Below, one piece after another: positions 27,643-32,000 of a DNA stretch of 32,000 nt (position 1 is the stretch's first letter; every line of letters begins with the position of its first letter). Both the position numbers and the translations under genes were made by a program. This stretch comes from Bellilinea caldifistulae (GTDB lineage Bacteria > Chloroflexota > Anaerolineae > Anaerolineales > Anaerolineaceae). Location of the stretch: assembly GCF_001306055.1 (NCBI RefSeq), contig NZ_LGHJ01000020.1:1-32000 (forward strand). The letters are read 5' to 3'. Under the pieces are notes generated by a model. The model ran no database searches, had not been told where the DNA came from, and saw only the letters and a program-made list of their open reading frames with translations.

Positions 27643-27664
27643 AGACCTGCCGGAAGGCAGGTCT
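27643..27664 (+). terminator. terminator-like hairpin of repeat unit 4 (no adjacent T-tract)
   Basis: Identical hairpin, but the repeat ends at the stem. The following sequence is GGATCCTTCCTCTTTT. Confidence 0.4.
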
Positions 27665-27749
27665 GGATCCTTCCTCTTTTGGGATGCGGGGTATGTCTCA
27701 ATCAAACCCCAGAAGCGTATAAACTCGGTTTCGTCATTTTAAATACTTC

Positions 27750-28382
27750 ATGATAAACTTAAAGGCTATGTGGCGTTGGATCATTGGATGGGTGGTTTGG
27801 TTTTTCATCCTGCCTGCTTCGGTCGTGGCTCAGGCCGATGAAGGCATTTTGATTCTGTCCCCTGCTGACCAGCAGGTCTTGCAGGGGGTCATTGAAGTTC
27901 AAGCGCGGGTGTCTTTCGATGATGTGCAAACCTATGAACTGCTATTCGGGTACAGTGGGGATACGGATGAACGGAACCTGTTTCTGCTGACTCAAGGAAA
28001 CAGTATTCCGGATTCGCAACTGCGCCACCGTTGGGATACCACCCTCATACCGGATGGGGATTATCGGCTTGTCTTACGGGTATATCTTATAAATGGAGAG
28101 AGACGCGAAGCAGTTGTGGAAACGGTCAGAGTGCGTAATTATTCGGTAGTGGAATCACCTACGGCAAGCGGTCTCGTCCTTTCAACCGCACCGGTCGTCC
28201 CAACGCCGCCGGAAACACCAACGCCCCTGCCGGTCACATCCACCCCGCCCAAACCCAACCCCGGCAGTGTTCAACCTGTTCAGTGGACGACCAGTGTATT
28301 GCGCAGTGTTGGTATCACGATTGTGTTGTTTGTGATCCTGGGCGGGTTGATCAGGCTGCGCAGGCCGAAAAAGCGCCGATAA
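27750..28382 (+). CDS. hypothetical secreted protein with C-terminal membrane anchor
   Basis: 210 aa. Signal peptide ending VVAQA, a ~125-aa beta-rich domain, a Pro/Thr linker (PTPPETPTPLPVTSTPPKPNP), and a terminal TM helix plus basic tail RLRRPKKRR. No family recognised. An alternative start is the ATG at 27768. Confidence 0.6.
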   Translation: MINLKAMWRWIIGWVVWFFILPASVVAQADEGILILSPADQQVLQGVIEVQARVSFDDVQTYELLFGYSGDTDERNLFLLTQGNSIPDSQLRHRWDTTLIPDGDYRLVLRVYLINGERREAVVETVRVRNYSVVESPTASGLVLSTAPVVPTPPETPTPLPVTSTPPKPNPGSVQPVQWTTSVLRSVGITIVLFVILGGLIRLRRPKKRR

Positions 28383-28460
28383 GAGATGATCAAGGAGGGA
28401 AGAGTGGATCCTCTTGGTTCGCGGATTCGCCGTGTATTTTCACGAAAAAGCACTTTGGAG

Positions 28461-29054
28461 ATGGAATTAACCGCTCCGCCTTTTTTGCTGGTTGGTTTGG
28501 GCAACCCGGGCCGGGAGTATCGGGAAACTCGTCACAATGTCGGTTTTATGGTCATAGACCGGCTGGCGCAGGAAACCGGAATCAGTCTGAGTCGGGTGCA
28601 GCAGAAAGCGATTATTGGGTTGGGAAATCTGGGGGAACGCAAAGTGCTGCTGGCAAAACCTCAGACCTTCATGAACCTGTCCGGTGAGTCAGTGGCCGGG
28701 TTGGTGCGTTTTTATAAAATCCCCCTTGATCAACTCATCGTGGTGCATGATGATCTGGATTTACCATACGGCACCCTGCGAATTCGTCCGGATGGCGGTT
28801 CGGCAGGACAAAAGGGGATGCAATCTATCATCAGCCGTCTGGGGACGCAGCAGTTTGCACGTCTCCGGTTCGGGATTGGACGCCCACCCGGCAGTAAACA
28901 AGGTGCCAGTTATGTGCTGCACGGCTTTTCGCCGGAAGAAAAAAAAGAACTGGATTATTTACTTTCCCGGGCAGCAGAAGCCTTGAAGACCTTTGTCGTG
29001 GAAGGTTTGGAAACCGCCATGAATCGGTTTAATGGTAATCAATTAGAAAAATGA
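28461..29054 (+). CDS. pth: peptidyl-tRNA hydrolase
   Basis: LLVGLGNPGREYRETRHNVGFMVID near the N-terminus. The ATG at 28461 gives a typical 197-aa Pth. In-frame alternatives are the GTG at 28404 (strong AAGGAGG SD, 5-nt spacer) and the ATG at 28386. Confidence 0.9.
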   Translation: MELTAPPFLLVGLGNPGREYRETRHNVGFMVIDRLAQETGISLSRVQQKAIIGLGNLGERKVLLAKPQTFMNLSGESVAGLVRFYKIPLDQLIVVHDDLDLPYGTLRIRPDGGSAGQKGMQSIISRLGTQQFARLRFGIGRPPGSKQGASYVLHGFSPEEKKELDYLLSRAAEALKTFVVEGLETAMNRFNGNQLEK

Positions 29055-32000
29055 ATGAGTTAGAAGCTATCCGTTCTCTAAAGGCATATCAAAATTTGCT
29101 GGAAAGTCTGCAAAATGGTCAGACCTTGCCCGGTTTGGGCTTAATGCGTGCCGCGCGCCTGCCGTTGCTGGCAGCCCTGTGGGAGGATCTGAAAGTACCC
29201 ATCCTGTGGATTACCGACCGTACTGACCGTGCCCTTGCCATGCTGGACGAACTGTCCTTCTGGATGGATCGAAATGCTTTGCAAATTTATCCGGAACCCA
29301 ACCCGCTTTTCTACGAACAGGCGGCCTGGGGAACCGTTACTCGCCGCGACCGCTTGAACAGTTTAACCTCGTTGGCGATTTATCATTTTCTGGGTTCACC
29401 GCGTCCGTCACAACCGCCGGTTGTGATTGCTCCTCTGCGGGCAGTGATGACCCGTACCTTACCGCGCCGGGATTTTCTAAAATCCAGCAAGGTGTTGAAA
29501 CTGGGCCAAAGTGTTTCTCCGGAGGTTTTGCAACGGCAGTGGATGGAGGTCGGCTATCAGCCGGCCGATACGGTGGTGGAGCCGGGGCAGTTTGCGCAAC
29601 GTGGCGGAATTCTGGATATCTGGGTACCGGCTGAAAATTTACCAGTGCGCATGGAGTTTTTCGGGAACGAACTGGATACGCTGCGCCGTTTCGATCCCGC
29701 GACCCAGCGCACCGTTGAAAAAATCGAACGTCTTCTGATTACACCGGCGCGTGAGGTATTGCCGGGTTATGCCGGGCATCTCAATCTGCCGGCAGAACAG
29801 ACGCTCGATGAATTTTATCTCCCTCTTGTTCATCCTTCCCCTGCCAGCATATTGGATTATTTGCCAGCCCAGTCGTTGGTGGTGGTTGATGATGTGTTGT
29901 TCCTGGGGTCGGTTGCCAACGAAATCGAGGAACAGGCCGTCAAACTCCGTCGTGAGAGTATTCAGGAAGGCGTGCTGCCGGAAAATTTTCCCATCCCTTA
30001 CCTCACCTGGGGTGAGATTGTGGATGAATTAAACTCGCTGCGTTGGCTGGACATGGGGCAAAGTAGCGGGGAAGAACCCCTGCCACTGGCGGAGTCTTTC
30101 CAACCCGGTCCGCGTTATGGCGGCCGGTTGAAGCCCTTTTTCGAATACCTCAAAAATCTTTGCAACTTGAAGCAGCCGGTGGTGGTCGTTTCTCGGCAGG
30201 TCTCCCGTCTGAAAGCCCTGTGGCGGGAGCAGGGGTGTGAACCCGGGCAGCCCGAGTTTAAAGAAGGCTCTCTCAGTGAGGGCTGGACGCTGATTCTTTC
30301 CCCGGAAAAACGTTTTCACCTCTTGACCGACAGTGAAATTTTTGGATGGGAGCGGCCTCAACCCCGCACGCGTGCCAGGCCAATTGCCGAAGCCCCGGAA
30401 GCGTCCTATGCCGATTTCAAACCCGGTTCGTGGGTTGTCCACGTGGATTACGGCATTGGCAAGTTCATCGGTCTGGTACAGCGCGTGCTGGATGGGGTTG
30501 AGCGTGAATTCCTGTGTGTGGAATACGCCGACGGTGACCAGTTATTTGTACCCGTCCATCAGGCGGACCGCCTGAGCCGCTACATCGGCCCGAGCGGTGA
30601 AGCACCCAGTCCAACCCGGCTTGGAAGCAACGAATGGCAAAACACCCGCCAGCGAGTGCGTGAGGCTGTGCTGGAGGTGGCTCAAGATCTCCTCGATCTT
30701 TACTCACGCCGTCAGGTCGCCCAGGGTTTTGCTTTCAGTCCCGATACTCCGTGGCAGCAGGATTTGGAGGCCTCCTTTCCGTATGTCGAAACGGAGGATC
30801 AACTCAAAGCCATTGCCGAAGTCAAGCGCGACATGGAGCGCCCGCGCCCGATGGATCGGCTGTTGTGCGGTGATGTGGGTTACGGTAAAACCGAAGTCGC
30901 TTTGCGGGCGGCTTTCAAAGCCGTGATGGACGGTAAACAGGTTGCCATGCTGGTACCGACAACGGTTTTGGCTCAGCAACACTACGAGACGTTCCGTCAG
31001 CGTCTGGCGGCTTTTCCGGTAGAGGTGGAGATGCTTTCGCGTTTTCGTTCTCCGCGCGAGCAGGATGAAATCATCCTGCGCACGGCCTTAGGGGAAGTGG
31101 ATATCTTGATCGGCACTCATCGCCTGCTTCAACCGGATGTGACTTTCAAAGACCTTGGGTTGTTAATCATTGACGAAGAACAGCGCTTTGGGGTTACTCA
31201 CAAGGAGCATTTCAAAAAGTTTCGTACCGAGGTGGATGTGCTGACCCTTACGGCTACCCCAATACCCAGGACACTGTACATGGCGTTGACCGGTGTTCGT
31301 GATATTTCGGTGATCAATACCCCGCCGGCGGAGCGTTTGCCGATCATCACTCATATTGGCCCGTATTCGCCCCGTCTGGTGCGACAGGCGATTGTGCGCG
31401 AACTGGAACGTGGCGGGCAGGTCTTTTTTGTCCATAATCGTGTTCAGACCATCCGCGCCATGGAACGGCATTTACACAATCTGGTGCCGGAAGCGCGGAT
31501 TGGAGTGGCCCATGGTCAGATGAACGAGGGCGAACTGGCGCAGGTGATGCACGATTTTACCCGCGGCAAAATTGATGTACTGCTGTGTACCTCGATTATC
31601 GAATCGGGTCTGGATATACCCAATGCCAACACCTTGATTGTGGATCGCGGTGACACTTTTGGTCTGGCACAGCTGTACCAGTTACGCGGGCGGGTGGGAC
31701 GCGGAGCTCAGCGTGCGTATGCTTATTTCTTCCGCCACCGGCGTAAACCACCCACGCCGGAGGGGCAGGAACGCCTGGAAGTGATTGCCGAGAACACTCA
31801 ACTGGGAGCCGGTTACTCGATTGCCATGCGGGATCTGGAGATGCGCGGGGCTGGTGAACTGCTGGGAACGAGGCAGCATGGTTATATTGCCAGTGTGGGT
31901 TTTCACCTCTATACCCGCTTGCTGGCGCAGGCAGTTAGGCAGTTGAAGCAGGTGAGCGGTTTAGAAACGGCCGAACTGCCGGTTGATGAGATGCGGGAAT
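29051..32000 (+). CDS. mfd: transcription-repair coupling factor (5' part, continues beyond window)
   Basis: Open frame from the ATG at 29051 (ATGA overlap with the pth stop) to the window edge. It is absent from the ORF track because there is no stop in the window. My translation gives MNELEAIRSLKAYQNLL... It has a CarD-like RID (VVHVDYGIGKFIGL...EYADGDQLFVPV) and helicase motifs GDVGYGKTEVALRAAF, LLIIDEEQRFGV and QLRGRVGR. Confidence 0.95.
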   Translation, partial: MNELEAIRSLKAYQNLLESLQNGQTLPGLGLMRAARLPLLAALWEDLKVPILWITDRTDRALAMLDELSFWMDRNALQIYPEPNPLFYEQAAWGTVTRRDRLNSLTSLAIYHFLGSPRPSQPPVVIAPLRAVMTRTLPRRDFLKSSKVLKLGQSVSPEVLQRQWMEVGYQPADTVVEPGQFAQRGGILDIWVPAENLPVRMEFFGNELDTLRRFDPATQRTVEKIERLLITPAREVLPGYAGHLNLPAEQTLDEFYLPLVHPSPASILDYLPAQSLVVVDDVLFLGSVANEIEEQAVKLRRESIQEGVLPENFPIPYLTWGEIVDELNSLRWLDMGQSSGEEPLPLAESFQPGPRYGGRLKPFFEYLKNLCNLKQPVVVVSRQVSRLKALWREQGCEPGQPEFKEGSLSEGWTLILSPEKRFHLLTDSEIFGWERPQPRTRARPIAEAPEASYADFKPGSWVVHVDYGIGKFIGLVQRVLDGVEREFLCVEYADGDQLFVPVHQADRLSRYIGPSGEAPSPTRLGSNEWQNTRQRVREAVLEVAQDLLDLYSRRQVAQGFAFSPDTPWQQDLEASFPYVETEDQLKAIAEVKRDMERPRPMDRLLCGDVGYGKTEVALRAAFKAVMDGKQVAMLVPTTVLAQQHYETFRQRLAAFPVEVEMLSRFRSPREQDEIILRTALGEVDILIGTHRLLQPDVTFKDLGLLIIDEEQRFGVTHKEHFKKFRTEVDVLTLTATPIPRTLYMALTGVRDISVINTPPAERLPIITHIGPYSPRLVRQAIVRELERGGQVFFVHNRVQTIRAMERHLHNLVPEARIGVAHGQMNEGELAQVMHDFTRGKIDVLLCTSIIESGLDIPNANTLIVDRGDTFGLAQLYQLRGRVGRGAQRAYAYFFRHRRKPPTPEGQERLEVIAENTQLGAGYSIAMRDLEMRGAGELLGTRQHGYIASVGFHLYTRLLAQAVRQLKQVSGLETAELPVDEMRE

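Larger units (their letters stand above)
27151..27664 (+). repeat. four tandem ~130-bp tRNA-Glu-derived units (degenerate leader-tRNA-terminator copies)
   Basis: Units start at 27151, 27281, 27412 and 27543 (period 130-131 bp). Each aligns to 27030-27150 but shares the same deletions (part of the acceptor, the D-loop and the whole anticodon arm) and a 19-nt T-loop insertion. The units differ from each other at about 5 base positions, apart from small T-tract length differences. Confidence 0.9.

Noticed and set aside
27151-27664. Possible CRISPR array.
   Set aside because: The repeats are about 130 bp and directly abutting, with no unique spacers. No cas genes are present in the window.
27042-27664. 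tRNA-associated integration site (att duplications from an integrative element).
   Set aside because: No integrase, excisionase or foreign-looking genes lie on either side; the flanks are SRAP, a small surface protein, pth and mfd. The copies also include the 5' leader and the terminator, not just the tRNA 3' end.
27017-27753. ORFs of 106-190 aa with internally repeating peptides (27017-27589 +, 26914-27327 +, 27433-27753 +, 27450-27701 -).
   Set aside because: They are read through the tRNA gene and its tandem copies. The periodic peptide simply mirrors the 130-bp DNA repeat. They contain terminator hairpins and have no SD or start context.
30029-30442. 137-aa minus-strand ORF, and other short ORFs between 29500 and 31900.
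   Set aside because: They lie inside the open mfd reading frame, which has strong helicase and RID motifs.

Overview
Densely coding bacterial chromosomal segment, mid-50s % GC by eye, with about 29 protein genes in five alternating strand blocks. Gene content is mostly housekeeping. The S-box leader, YitJ-type fusion and LysM/M23 lipoproteins would fit a Chloroflexota/Anaerolineae-like or other monoderm-type lineage, but that taxon is only a guess. Block 1 (+, 350-7574) is an envelope-oriented operon-like string: inositol-1-phosphate synthase, a polysaccharide deacetylase lipoprotein, a HIT protein and three tandem paralogous LysM + LasA-like M23 peptidases. Block 2 (-, 14079-7634) holds a membrane protein, selA, an M24 peptidase and tsaD. 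These are followed by an ECF sigma, an RsrA-like soluble zinc anti-sigma, a small zinc-ribbon ORF, a two-thioredoxin-fold oxidoreductase and OsmC. Block 3 (+, 14186-21693) starts with a clear SAM-I (S-box) riboswitch plus terminator in front of metH and a YitJ-type homocysteine-methyltransferase/MTHFR fusion, then a metallophosphoesterase and a DUF4349-like lipoprotein. Block 4 (-, 26216-21694) holds a fused formimidoyltransferase-cyclodeaminase, dcd and a GH36-like glycosidase. Block 5 (+, 26289-32000) holds an SRAP/YedK protein, tRNA-Glu, a hypothetical anchored protein, pth and the 5' part of mfd, which runs off the window. The most unusual feature is non-coding. The promoter-driven tRNA-Glu(UUC) at 27042-27114 is followed by four head-to-tail ~130-bp degenerate copies of the same leader-tRNA-terminator unit (27151-27664). 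All four share identical internal deletions and insertions, and each keeps the terminator hairpin (three of the four also its T-tract). I found no CRISPR array, transposase, integrase or obvious defence genes.
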